64,000 nucleotides of DNA from Bdellovibrio sp. (GCA_036677065.1 JAKFBS010000003.1:384001-448000), one strand, 5' to 3'; shown: positions 27,118-38,236, numbered from the stretch's first letter. Translations and numbers: made by a program. Notes: a model not told the origin generated them from the letters alone.

Positions 27118-28209
27118 ATGTCTAACATCAATGGTAGAAAATTATTGTCGGTAGCTACATTAATGTCATTGGCCCTATTAACTATGGCTAATCAAAAGTG
27201 CAAAGAGGAGCCTGTAAAAGTCAGACAGCTTAAAAAAAACGTGCAAGTTTTAAAAGTAGAAGCTTCATCGTTTTTAGATAATGCTGGATTTAACTTTTCA
27301 GAAGTTGCACAAAGTCAGTTCTCAGGCGTGATCTTTGAAGAAGAATCAATGTTTGAACGCAACGTTTATCCCAAGCCTGACCAATCCACGCAAGGAATGA
27401 CAACAGGTTTGCAAAAGACATCTGTAGAAAATAAACAAATGGTGCAACTTAAAACTTGGTTTCCAACGATGAAAGCCAGTGAAGTGCAACTATCGCGTGA
27501 TTCAAGCTGTTTAGTTTCTCGTCCCCAGCATTTACTGTACGGAAAAATTAATTCATTAGAAGCCTATTCAGGTATGAATTTGCAATTCGGTTTTAATTCG
27601 ACGGCGGTACAAATTCCGTTAACTGCAAAATTTAAAATGGATAAAATGCGCATGGATTTAAGTTTTCATGCTTATGATCCATGGAGTTCACAACAAATGG
27701 CTGCGGTAAATTCAGAAGTGATCAAGAAAGATTATTCTGCAGGTTTTGGAATCGATTTAGGAATTATTCATATCGGTCCAGAATTTTACCGGGTCACGGG
27801 AATGGCAGAAACTGTTTTAAAGGGATTAAAACAATCCATCAAAGATATTTCAGCAAAACTTAAATCATTAGATCGCCAAGAATGGCATACAAGAATTTTG
27901 ATCAGTCGTGATAATTATGTAGTTATCGTGGGTGGGGCAGAGCTTGGTCTTAAAAAAGGTGACCGCTTAAAAGTAGAAAACGAAGTCCATGATTGGATGG
28001 GCGAACCTTGCGGTGAAGGCAGCGTGTTATTGGGTTCAGTATCGGTCACAAACGACCCGTGGATTATCGAAATCGAAGATGCCGGAAACTTAATGGCTAA
28101 GGCCCGCGTTTTAAACCCTCGCGAAGACGATTCTATCGAGGTAGGTGCCTTAACTCGCATCAGCCAGCTTTATGTTGAGCCGGTCGTAGCAACAAAGAAG
28201 AAAAAATAA
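27118..28209 (+). CDS. Putative lipoprotein with FlgT-C/CsgG-like C-terminal region
   Basis: Hydrophobic signal followed by MANQKC; VVIVGGAELGLKKGDRLKV motif; start 27118 or 27109. Confidence 0.5.
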   Translation: MSNINGRKLLSVATLMSLALLTMANQKCKEEPVKVRQLKKNVQVLKVEASSFLDNAGFNFSEVAQSQFSGVIFEEESMFERNVYPKPDQSTQGMTTGLQKTSVENKQMVQLKTWFPTMKASEVQLSRDSSCLVSRPQHLLYGKINSLEAYSGMNLQFGFNSTAVQIPLTAKFKMDKMRMDLSFHAYDPWSSQQMAAVNSEVIKKDYSAGFGIDLGIIHIGPEFYRVTGMAETVLKGLKQSIKDISAKLKSLDRQEWHTRILISRDNYVVIVGGAELGLKKGDRLKVENEVHDWMGEPCGEGSVLLGSVSVTNDPWIIEIEDAGNLMAKARVLNPREDDSIEVGALTRISQLYVEPVVATKKKK

Positions 28210-28266
28210 GCACATCTTAGAATCAATAATAGACTTACGCCGCTATAGCATGATAACTAGCGGCGT

Positions 28267-28860
28267 ATGTTTTCTGGAATCGTCGAGACCACGACAACTC
28301 TTATTCGCACCGAAAAAATGAACCAGGCTTCGCGCCTGTGGGTCAAGCGTCCGGCATCTTTTAATGATATCAAAATTGGCGACAGTATTTGTGTAAACGG
28401 TGCCTGTTTAACCGTTGAAGCATTTGATCAAAACGAAATGCAGTTTTGTTTGGGATTAGAAACCTTAACGTTGTTAGATAAAAGTTTATCTTACTGGGAG
28501 CGTGTTCCTTTAAATCTTGAGCGTTCATTAAAATTCGGCGATCGCGTGCATGGGCATCTGGTCACAGGACACGTGGACGAAGCTGCAAAAATTGTTGTTT
28601 CAGAAGCCAACGGAGACGTTTGGGATTTAGCAGTTGAGGTATCACCTGAAATTACTAAATTTTTCTGGCACAAAGGTTCAGCCTGCATTAACGGCGTAAG
28701 TCTTACGATCAATAAAATTGAAAATAATTTTATTTTCTTCTGCTTAATTCCAGAAACTTTAAAAGTAACAAATCTTCAGTACTACAAAAAAAATGATTTT
28801 GTAAATATTGAATCTGACTATTTAGCGAAGGCCTACATCCGCTCACAAGGAACCAAATGA
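28267..28860 (+). CDS. ribE: Riboflavin synthase (alpha chain)
   Basis: MFSGIVE, GDSICVNGACLTV, NLER and GHLVTGHVD motifs. Confidence 0.95.
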   Translation: MFSGIVETTTTLIRTEKMNQASRLWVKRPASFNDIKIGDSICVNGACLTVEAFDQNEMQFCLGLETLTLLDKSLSYWERVPLNLERSLKFGDRVHGHLVTGHVDEAAKIVVSEANGDVWDLAVEVSPEITKFFWHKGSACINGVSLTINKIENNFIFFCLIPETLKVTNLQYYKKNDFVNIESDYLAKAYIRSQGTK

Positions 28861-29471
28861 ATTCTATCCAAGATATCATCGCTGATTTTAAAGCCGGAAA
28901 ATTTGTTATCCTAGTGGATGATGAAAATCGTGAAAACGAAGGCGACTTAGTGATCGCCGCTGACGCCATTACTCCTGAAGCTGTAAACTTCATGGCTAAA
29001 GAAGCGCGTGGTTTAATTTGTTTATCGATGACGGCTTCGCAAATCGAAAAATTACAAATTCCGATGATGATTTCAAAATCGCACCAGCGTGGTGCTACAG
29101 AAACGGCATTCACTTATTCAATCGAAGCAAGTTTTGGGGTAACAACTGGAATCTCTGCTGCAGACCGTTCGCACACGATTAAAGTAGCTTCGCGCGAAAC
29201 AGCAAAAGCCAGTGATGTGATTGTGCCAGGGCACATCTTTCCTTTAAAAGCTCACTCGCAAGGTGTGTTGGGTCGCGCAGGCCATACAGAAGCCAGTGTT
29301 GATCTAGCTGTAATCACAAAACAAACCCCAGCCAGCGTAATTTGTGAAGTCATTAATGATGACGGCACTATGGCGCGTTTGCCAGATCTAATGATCTTTG
29401 CAAAAAAACATAATATTAAAATTGGAACTATCGAGGCGTTAATTGCCTACAGGAAATCACATGAAAGCTAA
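28857..29471 (+). CDS. ribB: 3,4-dihydroxy-2-butanone 4-phosphate synthase
   Basis: [19 protein letters not shown] and RAGHTEA; no RibA domain. Confidence 0.95.
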   Translation: MNSIQDIIADFKAGKFVILVDDENRENEGDLVIAADAITPEAVNFMAKEARGLICLSMTASQIEKLQIPMMISKSHQRGATETAFTYSIEASFGVTTGISAADRSHTIKVASRETAKASDVIVPGHIFPLKAHSQGVLGRAGHTEASVDLAVITKQTPASVICEVINDDGTMARLPDLMIFAKKHNIKIGTIEALIAYRKSHES

Positions 29472-29949
29472 AAAAGCCGTAAAAAGTAAAGCCGTTAAAA
29501 ACAAACCTAAGGCTCCAAAAATTAAAATCGGGGTTGTGACTTCGCGTTTTAACGAAGAAATCACTTCAAAGTTAGAAGATGGTACTTTAGATTTTCTTGA
29601 ATCTGTAGAAGGCGTAGAAATTTTCTCGGTTCGTGTTCCAGGGGCTGTTGAAATCCCCTTAGCGGCGCAAGCGCTTTTAGAATACCAGAAGGTGGATGCC
29701 GTGATCACCCTTGGAGCAGTTATCCGCGGTGAAACCACTCATTACGAAGAGGTTTGCCGTTCTGTTGAGCGAAATTGCTCAAGATTAATGTTAGATTATA
29801 AAAAACCAATCGCTTTTGGTGTTTTAACCACTGAAACCGAAGAGCAAGCTTTAGACCGTGTCGGTGGTCGCCATGGTCACAAAGGAATTGATGCAGCCCA
29901 AGCAGCTCTTGAGATGATTGGACTTCTGCGCGAAATCAAGAAAAAATAA
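29461..29949 (+). CDS. ribH: 6,7-dimethyl-8-ribityllumazine synthase
   Basis: SRFN, VPGAVEIP, GAVIRGETTH and FGVLT motifs. Confidence 0.95.
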   Translation: MKAKKAVKSKAVKNKPKAPKIKIGVVTSRFNEEITSKLEDGTLDFLESVEGVEIFSVRVPGAVEIPLAAQALLEYQKVDAVITLGAVIRGETTHYEEVCRSVERNCSRLMLDYKKPIAFGVLTTETEEQALDRVGGRHGHKGIDAAQAALEMIGLLREIKKK

Positions 29950-29955
29950 AGGGGC

Positions 29956-32166
29956 ATGAGCACAAAGCCCACACAAAATGTCGAATCACTGAAAAGGCGA
30001 AAAGAAGTAATTTCTATTTTTGCCATTTCAATCTTGCTGGCAATTTTAGTAGGTATAGAAGTTTACGTATTCCGTTCAGGCCAGACTCTGCCAAGCCCGT
30101 ACATTATTTATTTCATCGGATTAGTGAACGTAAATTTAATCCTAGTCTTACTTCTGTTATTTTTAATTTTCCGAAACATCGTCAAAGTTTTTATCGAACG
30201 TCGTGGTAAAATCTTTGGTTCATCGCTAAAATCAAAATTGATTATCGCCTTTGCCACGTTCTCGGTAATTCCGACGTCGTTAGTTTTAATTCTTTCGGTG
30301 TTTTATCTAAATTCAAGTTTTGATCGTTGGTTTTCACAGCGCATGATCGGTATTTTAAAAAATGCCTCAGAAGTGATTGATTCCTTTATCGCGCAAGAAA
30401 AACGCAAAGGTTATGATTACGCGACAATGGTGGCCGAAGCTGTTGCCAAAACGCAGAGCCCGCAAAAACTAGACGACATGCTAAAAAAACTGCAAAAAGA
30501 TTATAAGCTTGATGTGGTTGAATATTATCCTGATCTTTTATCAGAACGTTATATCGCCCAAGATGCTAAAGCCGTCAGACAAGTGGTTCCGCGCCCTAAT
30601 TTTGATTTTTTGCAAAAGGGTTTTTTGCATGAAAGCCAGGCCAGTATTGTTCAAGTTTTTTCGGACGCCCATCTATTGCGTATGATGGTGCCCACTGAAA
30701 ATGGTGTGGTGGTGGTTTCAAAAGTCTTAAATCTTGCACCGGGTGCAAAATTTGATGATATCGTCGGCGCCTATCAAGAATTCCAAGACAACACGCTCAT
30801 TGAAAATCCATTAAAATCGATGTATTTTATCATGCAGATTGTAATGTCGCTGGTGATTTTATTTGCTGCCATTTGGTTTGGTTTCCATTTAGCTAAACAG
30901 CTTTCTGTACCGTTAGTGCAACTTGGCCGCGCAACTAAACGGGTTGCTGGCGGCGATTATTCTTCGTTAGAAATCGAATCGGGCAGTGAAGAAATTAGTA
31001 ATCTGATCGGAAACTTCAATCAGATGATTTCAAATCTGTCGTCATCAGAGCTTGAATTGCAGCAAACCATTAAAAATTTAAATCAATACACCTCTTATGT
31101 TGAAATCGTATTAGGTAACGTATCTGCCGGCGTTTTATCAGTAGATATGTCTGGTGTTGTCACCACGATGAATCGCCGCGCTGGTGAATTGTTAATTGTC
31201 GATCCTTCGAAAGCTGTCGGTAAACCGATCAAGCAGTTATTAGATGATCAGACTTACAAAATTTTCTCGCAGTTTGTAAAAGCCATGCAGGAAAATAATT
31301 TAACCAGTTTACAAAAAGAAATCCGTATCGAAGTCGATAAACAAACTGAAAACGGCATCGAAAAAGAACCTATTCCGTTATCTGTGCATGTTTCAATTTT
31401 ACGAAATGAATTTCAGCATCAAATCGGCCGCATCATGGTGTTTGACGATATGACCCCGATTGTAAATGCTCAGCGTGCAGCCGCCTGGTCAGAAGTGGCC
31501 CGTCGTATTGCTCACGAAATTAAAAATCCATTAACGCCAATTAAGTTAGCGGCAGAACGTATCGCCAAAAAATACGGCGGCCAAATCCAAGAGCAGGCTT
31601 TTAAAGATTCTATTCAAATGATCGTGTCGCAAGTCGATGACATGCGAAATCTGGTGAATGAATTCAGTCAGTTTGCGCGTATGCCAGAGCTAAAGCTGAT
31701 CCAAGCTCAGTTGAATGATGTGTTGCGGTCGATGTTTGAAGTGTATTCGCAAAATCACACTAAGATTAAGTTTAACCTAGAGCTTGATCCAAACTTGCCA
31801 GAATTTAAATTCGATCCGGCGCAATTAAAGCGCGTGTTTGTGAACTTGTTAGATAACGCGGTTCATGCAACTGAAGACGAAACAGCGCAGATTGCTCACC
31901 CAGAAGTGACAATTAAGACTGAATACCAAACGCAACATAGAATTGCCCGAATTTATATCATGGATAACGGCCTTGGAATCCCAGCCCGTGACCGTGTTCG
32001 CGTCTTTGAGCCTTATTTTTCGACTAAAGAAAAAGGAACCGGCTTAGGATTGCCAATCGTTAAAAGTATTATCGAAGACCATGGCGGAGTTATTCGAGCC
32101 CTAGGTAACGAGCCGCAAGGAACCAAGATTTATATAGAGCTTCCATTGTATACAAGCGCCCCTTAA
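29956..32166 (+). CDS. ntrY: NtrY-like HAMP/PAS sensor histidine kinase
   Basis: AQRAAAWSEVARRIAHEIKNPLTPI; SFDRWF; HAMP and PAS regions. Confidence 0.85.
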   Translation: MSTKPTQNVESLKRRKEVISIFAISILLAILVGIEVYVFRSGQTLPSPYIIYFIGLVNVNLILVLLLLFLIFRNIVKVFIERRGKIFGSSLKSKLIIAFATFSVIPTSLVLILSVFYLNSSFDRWFSQRMIGILKNASEVIDSFIAQEKRKGYDYATMVAEAVAKTQSPQKLDDMLKKLQKDYKLDVVEYYPDLLSERYIAQDAKAVRQVVPRPNFDFLQKGFLHESQASIVQVFSDAHLLRMMVPTENGVVVVSKVLNLAPGAKFDDIVGAYQEFQDNTLIENPLKSMYFIMQIVMSLVILFAAIWFGFHLAKQLSVPLVQLGRATKRVAGGDYSSLEIESGSEEISNLIGNFNQMISNLSSSELELQQTIKNLNQYTSYVEIVLGNVSAGVLSVDMSGVVTTMNRRAGELLIVDPSKAVGKPIKQLLDDQTYKIFSQFVKAMQENNLTSLQKEIRIEVDKQTENGIEKEPIPLSVHVSILRNEFQHQIGRIMVFDDMTPIVNAQRAAAWSEVARRIAHEIKNPLTPIKLAAERIAKKYGGQIQEQAFKDSIQMIVSQVDDMRNLVNEFSQFARMPELKLIQAQLNDVLRSMFEVYSQNHTKIKFNLELDPNLPEFKFDPAQLKRVFVNLLDNAVHATEDETAQIAHPEVTIKTEYQTQHRIARIYIMDNGLGIPARDRVRVFEPYFSTKEKGTGLGLPIVKSIIEDHGGVIRALGNEPQGTKIYIELPLYTSAP

Positions 32167-32202
32167 TGCTGTAGCTTTTATTAGCTATAAGAAGGTGGAC
32201 GT

Positions 32203-33591
32203 ATGTCTCAGGTTTTACACGAAGAAAAACTAAAAACGCGCATTTTAATTATCGATGATGAAGGCCCGATTCGTCAGGTCATGTCAGAGAGTCTAAAAGA
32301 CGATGGCTTTCATGTTTTAACAGCTCCAGACGGACCAACGGGTTTACAAGTTCTTCAAGAATTTAAACCGCATATTTGTTTCTTAGATATCTGGATGCCC
32401 AAAATGGATGGTATCGAAGTTTTAACTCAAGCGATCCCGCAAAATCCAGACACGCAATTTATTATGATCTCTGGTCATGGCACTATCGAGACCGCAGTTA
32501 AGGCGACTAAAACTGGTGCATGGGATTTTATTGAAAAGCCACTTTCGTTAGAAAAAATCACGTTAGTGATCGATCACGTTTTGAAATTCAAAGCTGAAAA
32601 AGACGAAAAACAAGCGTTGTTAAATAAATTAAGAAAAAATATTGCTCTAGTCGGTGAATCAAAATCACTTCAAAAAGTGCGCGAACAAATCACGACAGTC
32701 GCAAAAACTCAGCAAACGATTTTGATTTCTGGCGAGCCTGGATCAGGTCGTGAGCTAGTGGCGCAAAACATTCACTTTATGAGTTCACAAGCCAGCCGTT
32801 CAATTGTTGAAATCAACTGTGCAACATTACCTCAGGATTTAATTGAAATTGAGTTGTTTGGCATTGAAAAAGGCGTGTTACCAGGAATCGATAAAACTCG
32901 TAAGGGTAAATTAGAATTGATCGAAGGCGGTACTGTAATCATCGAAGAGATCGAAGAAATGCCACAGGCTATTCAATTAAAACTTTTACAGTACTTAAGA
33001 ACGCAAAAGTTTTCGCGCGTAGGTTCAGCTGATGCGATTAGCGCGACATCGCGAGTGATTTTAACTTCATCAACAAATCTTTCAGCGTTAATCGCTAGTG
33101 GCAAAGTTGCAACAGAACTTGCAGGATTATTACAGAACAACGAAATCGTGGTTGATCCACTTCGTAATCGTCCAGAAGACATTCAGTCTTTGATTTTTCA
33201 CTTTAGTGACATTATCGCCAAACAAATGGCTTCATTTAGAAAAACAATTTCTGAACAAGGTTTAAAACTTTTAGTGAAACACTCATGGCCGGGTAATATC
33301 CGTGAACTTAAAAACTTTATTGAGCGTGTGTATATCTTAACGCCGTCAGATTACGTTGACGTGCATGATTTACGTTTCGCTGGTCTGTCAGATAAAAAAG
33401 ACGGTGTGCCAGGAAGTCACTCTGAAATTTCAACATTCCGTGATGCGCGTGCAGAATTTGAAAAAGATTATTTAATTAAAAAAATTCAGGAAAATGGCGG
33501 CAATATTTCAAAAACTGCTGAAGCCATTGGTTTAGAGCGCAGTTATTTACACAGAAAAATTAAAGCGTACGGTATCGAGGTCAACATATGA
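32203..33591 (+). CDS. ntrX: NtrX-like response regulator (receiver, degenerate AAA+, Fis HTH)
   Basis: [18 protein letters not shown] and [22 protein letters not shown]; follows ntrY. Confidence 0.85.
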   Translation: MSQVLHEEKLKTRILIIDDEGPIRQVMSESLKDDGFHVLTAPDGPTGLQVLQEFKPHICFLDIWMPKMDGIEVLTQAIPQNPDTQFIMISGHGTIETAVKATKTGAWDFIEKPLSLEKITLVIDHVLKFKAEKDEKQALLNKLRKNIALVGESKSLQKVREQITTVAKTQQTILISGEPGSGRELVAQNIHFMSSQASRSIVEINCATLPQDLIEIELFGIEKGVLPGIDKTRKGKLELIEGGTVIIEEIEEMPQAIQLKLLQYLRTQKFSRVGSADAISATSRVILTSSTNLSALIASGKVATELAGLLQNNEIVVDPLRNRPEDIQSLIFHFSDIIAKQMASFRKTISEQGLKLLVKHSWPGNIRELKNFIERVYILTPSDYVDVHDLRFAGLSDKKDGVPGSHSEISTFRDARAEFEKDYLIKKIQENGGNISKTAEAIGLERSYLHRKIKAYGIEVNI

Positions 33592-35333
33592 ACTTATCAA
33601 TCTTAAAGTGGTCACAGACTCATTTATTCACTCTTAAAGAAGCCCCTTCTGATGCCGAGATCCCGTCGCATAAATTGATGATGCGCTCTGGATTTATGAA
33701 AAAGCTTGGCCCTGGTCTTTATTCTTACGGAGCTATCGGACTTCGCGCTATTCGTAAATTTGAAGAGATCGTTCGCGAAGAACTTCATAAAGCTAATGGT
33801 ATCGAAATTTTAATGCCAGTAGTTCAACCGCGCGAATTGTGGGAAGAAACAGACCGTTGGGCTCAAATGGGCGCAGGTCTTCTAAAATTTAAAAATCGTA
33901 ATAACCAAGAATTCTGTTTAAGCGCTACAGCCGAAGAAGCAGTTGTTGATTACGTACGCCATGAATTAAAATCATGGAGAGATTTTCCTAAAAATATTTA
34001 TCAGATTCAGACAAAATACCGTGATGAAATCAGACCTCGTTTTGGTTTAATGCGCGGCCGTGAATTTGTGATGAAAGATGCCTACAGCTTTGATTTAGAT
34101 CAAGCAGGTGCTCTTAAATCTTATGAAGATATGTATCAGGCCTACGAACGAATTTTTAATCGTTTGAATCTAGAATACCGCGCTGTACAGGCTGATGCCG
34201 GTAACATCGGCGGCAGTCAAACGCACGAGTTTCAGCTTTTAGCCGAAGCCGGTGAAGATGCTTTATTAGTTTCAGATAAAACACGATTTGCGGCCAATGT
34301 TGAAGTTTGTCCAGCGATTGATGCTGTTCCGCATATTTCTAATGAAGCTGAAAAGACAATGGAGAAATTTGAAACCCCAAATCAAAAAACAATCACAGAT
34401 CTTGAAGCCTTCACAAAAATTCCAGCTCGCGATTTGGTTAAAACTCTTTATTTTTCTACTAACGAAGATCCAAAAGTAAAAGACATTAAGGCTGTGGCTA
34501 TTTTACTTCGTGGCTCTGACGAAGTTAATCCAATCAAAATTAAAAACATGCTTGGAATGTCAAACTCTCCAGAGATGTTAACTGATGAACAAGTGCGTGA
34601 AGTGACAGGAGCAAACCCAGGCTCATGCGGTCCTATCGGCTTAAAAATCCCGGTCTACGCTGATAACGGCATTATGGGATTAAAAAATTACATCGTCGGT
34701 GCTAACGAAGACCACTTCCACTTACGCAATGTAAACCATGGCCGTGATTATCAAATCACAAAAACTGCTGATTTACGTATGGCGCGCGAAGGCGATAAAT
34801 GCCCTGAATCTGATGGTCAATTAAAATCTTACCGCGGTATTGAAGTGGGTCATGTATTCTACTTAGGACAAAAGTATTCGAAAAAAATGAACGGTGTTTT
34901 CTTAGATAAAAACGGAAAATCACAGCATTACGAAATGGGCTGTTACGGAATTGGTATCACTCGCGTTGTTCAGGCTGCGATTGAACAAAGTCATGACCAA
35001 GATGGTATCATCTGGTCAAAAGCACTTTCTCCGTTTCATGTGCATATTTGTTTATTAGATATTAAAGATGAAAACTTAACAAAATATGTGAACGATTTAG
35101 CTCTGCGTTTTGCAGAAAAAGGCATTGAAACATTTATTGATGATCGTGATGAGCGCCCAGGTGTGAAATTTAAAGATGCAGATCTTTTAGGTTTTCCAGT
35201 GCGTATCGTTGTCGGTAAAAAAGGTTTTGAAGCCGCACAAATCGAAGTTGTAAACCGTAAAACTAAAGAAGTTGAAAAAGTAGCTCCTGATGCAGTTCTG
35301 GCTCAGGCAGAAAAAGTTTTAGCTACAAGATAG
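33588..35333 (+). CDS. proS: Proline--tRNA ligase (bacterial type with editing domain)
   Basis: RDEIRPRFGLMRGREF, GIEVGHVF and MGCYGIGITR motifs. Confidence 0.97.
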   Translation: MNLSILKWSQTHLFTLKEAPSDAEIPSHKLMMRSGFMKKLGPGLYSYGAIGLRAIRKFEEIVREELHKANGIEILMPVVQPRELWEETDRWAQMGAGLLKFKNRNNQEFCLSATAEEAVVDYVRHELKSWRDFPKNIYQIQTKYRDEIRPRFGLMRGREFVMKDAYSFDLDQAGALKSYEDMYQAYERIFNRLNLEYRAVQADAGNIGGSQTHEFQLLAEAGEDALLVSDKTRFAANVEVCPAIDAVPHISNEAEKTMEKFETPNQKTITDLEAFTKIPARDLVKTLYFSTNEDPKVKDIKAVAILLRGSDEVNPIKIKNMLGMSNSPEMLTDEQVREVTGANPGSCGPIGLKIPVYADNGIMGLKNYIVGANEDHFHLRNVNHGRDYQITKTADLRMAREGDKCPESDGQLKSYRGIEVGHVFYLGQKYSKKMNGVFLDKNGKSQHYEMGCYGIGITRVVQAAIEQSHDQDGIIWSKALSPFHVHICLLDIKDENLTKYVNDLALRFAEKGIETFIDDRDERPGVKFKDADLLGFPVRIVVGKKGFEAAQIEVVNRKTKEVEKVAPDAVLAQAEKVLATR

Positions 35334-35343
35334 GAAATAGAAC

Positions 35344-36039
35344 ATGTCACAAAACTTGATCAAAAATCCAATCATGTTAGCTCTTGATGTAGATACAAAA
35401 GAGCAAGCGCAAAAGATTTTAGATCAAGTGGGTGATGTGGTCGGTGCGATTAAAATCGGCCCACGTCTTGGCTATCAGTACGGCGCTGAATTTATCAAAG
35501 AATGCGCTAAAGTTGCCCCGGTTTTTATTGATAATAAATATTTTGATATCCCATCAACGATGGTTTCAGCAGTGAAAACAAGTTTTCATGCAGGAGCCAC
35601 ATTTGTAACAGTGCACGCATTATCGGGTAGCGAAGCTTTAACCGAACTCGCAAAACTAGAAAAAGAATTAAATCAAATTCGTCCCTTTAAAATCCTAGCC
35701 GTCACGATTCTTACAAGCTGGGATCAAAACTCAATACCCAAATCATTGCATCCATGGCCTGTCACAGATCATGTATTAAGTCTTGCTAACCTAGTGCTTG
35801 ATTCTGGCTTAACTGGTTTGGTTTGTTCAGCTCACGAGCTGGAACTGCTTAAAAACCACGATCTGTATAAGGTAACTCCCGGGATTCGACCCGATTCAGC
35901 TGCTGCAGACGATCAAAAACGTGTAATGAATCCACAACAAGCAATTCAAGCTGGCGCTTCTGCCTTAGTTATTGGTAGACCCATCTTGCAAGCAACCAAT
36001 CCAAAACAAGCTGTTCTAGATATTTTAAAAAGTATCTAA
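35344..36039 (+). CDS. pyrF: Orotidine 5'-phosphate decarboxylase
   Basis: LALD, DNKYFDIPST, TPGIR, DDQKR and IGRPI motifs. Confidence 0.95.
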   Translation: MSQNLIKNPIMLALDVDTKEQAQKILDQVGDVVGAIKIGPRLGYQYGAEFIKECAKVAPVFIDNKYFDIPSTMVSAVKTSFHAGATFVTVHALSGSEALTELAKLEKELNQIRPFKILAVTILTSWDQNSIPKSLHPWPVTDHVLSLANLVLDSGLTGLVCSAHELELLKNHDLYKVTPGIRPDSAAADDQKRVMNPQQAIQAGASALVIGRPILQATNPKQAVLDILKSI

Positions 36040-36057
36040 GACTATTTAGGAACATGT

Positions 36058-36972
36058 ATGAGAAGAACTTCAGGCAAAGCCCAAGGTGGCAAAAACTCTC
36101 CACGCCCAGCACAAGGCCGTACGCAATCTGGCAGTCGTCCAGCAGCTAAAAGCAATCGACCTCCAGCACGTGTTTCTCATGGAGCTCGCGGCGGTCAGGT
36201 TCAGGCCCGCGCATCAGCAACTCAAGGCATGCATTCGTCCCTTCCTAAATCTTGGCGCCAAATTGCCGGAACCCACGCTGTAAAAGAAGCTTTAAGTGTA
36301 CGTCCACAGTCGATCAAACAAGCTTATGTACAAGCTAATTTATTAAATTCACCTGAAATTAAAGAGCTATTACAAATTTTTAAAGCTAAAGACATTCGTT
36401 TCGAAGAAAAAAACGAAATGGAATTAGCAAAACTTTGCGCTGGCCACCAAGGCGCTGTGATTTTTTCAGATTACAATCCAGCTTTTGATTACACTCAGCA
36501 GGGTTGGGAAGATAAAAGCATTATTTTAGCCTTGGACGGCGTCGAAGACCCACATAATTTAGGTGCGATTTTACGTACGAGCTGGTTAATGGGCGTAAGT
36601 GGTCTAATCATTCCTCAAGACCGCGCTGTAGGCTTAACGCCAACAGTTCACAAGGTGGCTTGCGGTGGTGTAGAGCACGTTGAAATCGCCCGTATCAATA
36701 ATTTTAACGATCCGTTCGAGACTTTAAAACAAGCCGGATTCTGGGTTTATGGTCTTTCGCATAAGGCCACAAAATCAATTTACGACATTCAATACCCAGA
36801 AAAAGTAATTTGGGTATTGGGCGCAGAAGACAAGGGCCTACGTTCGACGACAGAGCGTGTGTGTGATGAATTGGTTTCGATTCCGCAGGCTTCACCAGAG
36901 GCAAGCTATAACGTTTCTGTGGCTACAGCGATGGCTTTAGCCGAAACTAAACGCCAATGGACAAAAAAATAA
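36058..36972 (+). CDS. rlmB: 23S rRNA 2'-O-methyltransferase RlmB (SpoU family) with disordered N-terminal extension
   Basis: HQG, LDGVEDPHNLGAILR, GAEDKGL and SYNVSVA motifs. Confidence 0.85.
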   Translation: MRRTSGKAQGGKNSPRPAQGRTQSGSRPAAKSNRPPARVSHGARGGQVQARASATQGMHSSLPKSWRQIAGTHAVKEALSVRPQSIKQAYVQANLLNSPEIKELLQIFKAKDIRFEEKNEMELAKLCAGHQGAVIFSDYNPAFDYTQQGWEDKSIILALDGVEDPHNLGAILRTSWLMGVSGLIIPQDRAVGLTPTVHKVACGGVEHVEIARINNFNDPFETLKQAGFWVYGLSHKATKSIYDIQYPEKVIWVLGAEDKGLRSTTERVCDELVSIPQASPEASYNVSVATAMALAETKRQWTKK

Positions 36973-37030
36973 ATTCTTAACATACAATTAGTGGACGTTT
37001 CTTAATTCGCGGTGATAAAATTTTGGTTAG

Positions 37031-37609
37031 ATGAGTGAAGCTGCAAAAACCAAAAGATTATTTGTCGCGATTAAGCCAAGCCTGGGGCAAATTTATCAAT
37101 TAGACCCATTTTTAAAAAAATTGAAAAAATCTTTCGACCAAAAAGAAATTCAAATCAAATGGTCGCCTCTAGAAAACATGCACATCACGTTAAGTTTTCT
37201 AGGTGATACTCCTGAAGATAAAATTCCGATTTTACGAGAGAAATTATCAGAAATTGCAATTCATGCACATGAGTTTAATTTGAAAATTCACGACTTAGGA
37301 GCTTTCGATCATTTTCAAAAAGCGCGAACTCTTTTCGTCGACGTACAACGCTCACAACCCCTTTTAGACTTACAGTCTTTGATCGAGCAAAAATTAGAAC
37401 TACCGCCGCAACAGCAATATTACCCCCATATGACTTTAGGACGGCTGCGAAATCCAAATTCTGTTGAGTCGGCAGCTAGCCCTTTTAAAAAAATAGATCT
37501 CGGAAAAGGGGAGATTAGCTCGGTTTTTTTGATGGAAAGCCAACTTAGTGGACATTTTCCGGTGTACTCGGACATTTTTGAAGCACCTCTGGTTAAAAAC
37601 CAAGCATAA
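37031..37609 (+). CDS. thpR: RNA 2',3'-cyclic phosphodiesterase (2H family)
   Basis: RLFVAI, HITLSFLG and PHMTLGR (two HxT motifs). Confidence 0.9.
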   Translation: MSEAAKTKRLFVAIKPSLGQIYQLDPFLKKLKKSFDQKEIQIKWSPLENMHITLSFLGDTPEDKIPILREKLSEIAIHAHEFNLKIHDLGAFDHFQKARTLFVDVQRSQPLLDLQSLIEQKLELPPQQQYYPHMTLGRLRNPNSVESAASPFKKIDLGKGEISSVFLMESQLSGHFPVYSDIFEAPLVKNQA

Positions 37610-37741
37610 AACTTTACGTTCTTATTAAAAATAAATTTGACCTGATCGAGCGAATCCAGTAAAAATTCCAAGTTACTAAAATTTTTGACGAATTTTAGCT
37701 TTTGCAAAAAGGCTGGAATTTTATACGAAGTTTTAGGCTAT

Positions 37742-37817
37742 GCTGGCATAGCTCAATTGGTAGAGCAGCTGATTTGTAATCAGCAGGTTGCGGGTTCGAG
37801 TCCCATTGCCAGCTCCA
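37742..37817 (+). tRNA. tRNA-Thr(TGT)
   Basis: Cloverleaf, anticodon TGT, TTCGA T-loop, encoded CCA. Confidence 0.95.
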
Positions 37818-37883
37818 TTTTTCGCTTAAGTGCGAATTTTGCGAGTGTACACTATAGCTAAATGTACATAGACGTTAATTAAT

Positions 37884-37969
<86 letters not shown>

Positions 37970-38067
37970 TTTTTTGTTTTCCCTTGTGGGCGATCTTAAA
38001 ATGTCATTAGCGTCGAACCTTTCGGTTTTTTTTCGAATGGTTTACAGTCGCAAGATAAAAGATTTTG

Positions 38068-38144
38068 GCGGGAGTAGCTCAATTGGCTAGAGTATCTGCC
38101 TTCCAAGCAGAGGGTTGCGAGTTCGAGACTCGTCTCCCGCTCCA
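38068..38144 (+). tRNA. tRNA-Gly(TCC)
   Basis: GCGGGAG/CTCCCGC acceptor stem, anticodon TCC, CCA. Confidence 0.95.
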
Positions 38145-38161
38145 AAGTTTTTTGCCCTTAC

Positions 38162-38236
38162 GCCCGTGTAGCTCAGTGGTAGAGCACACCCTTGGTAAGG
38201 GTGAGGTCGTCGGTTCGGCTCCGATCACGGGCTCCA
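38162..38236 (+). tRNA. tRNA-Thr(GGT)
   Basis: GCCCGTG/CACGGGC acceptor stem, anticodon GGT, CCA. Confidence 0.95.

Noticed and set aside
29461..29520. Lys/Ala-rich N-terminal tail on RibH (and Arg/Gly-rich tail on RlmB)
   Set aside because: Short disordered extensions are common and no specific function can be supported
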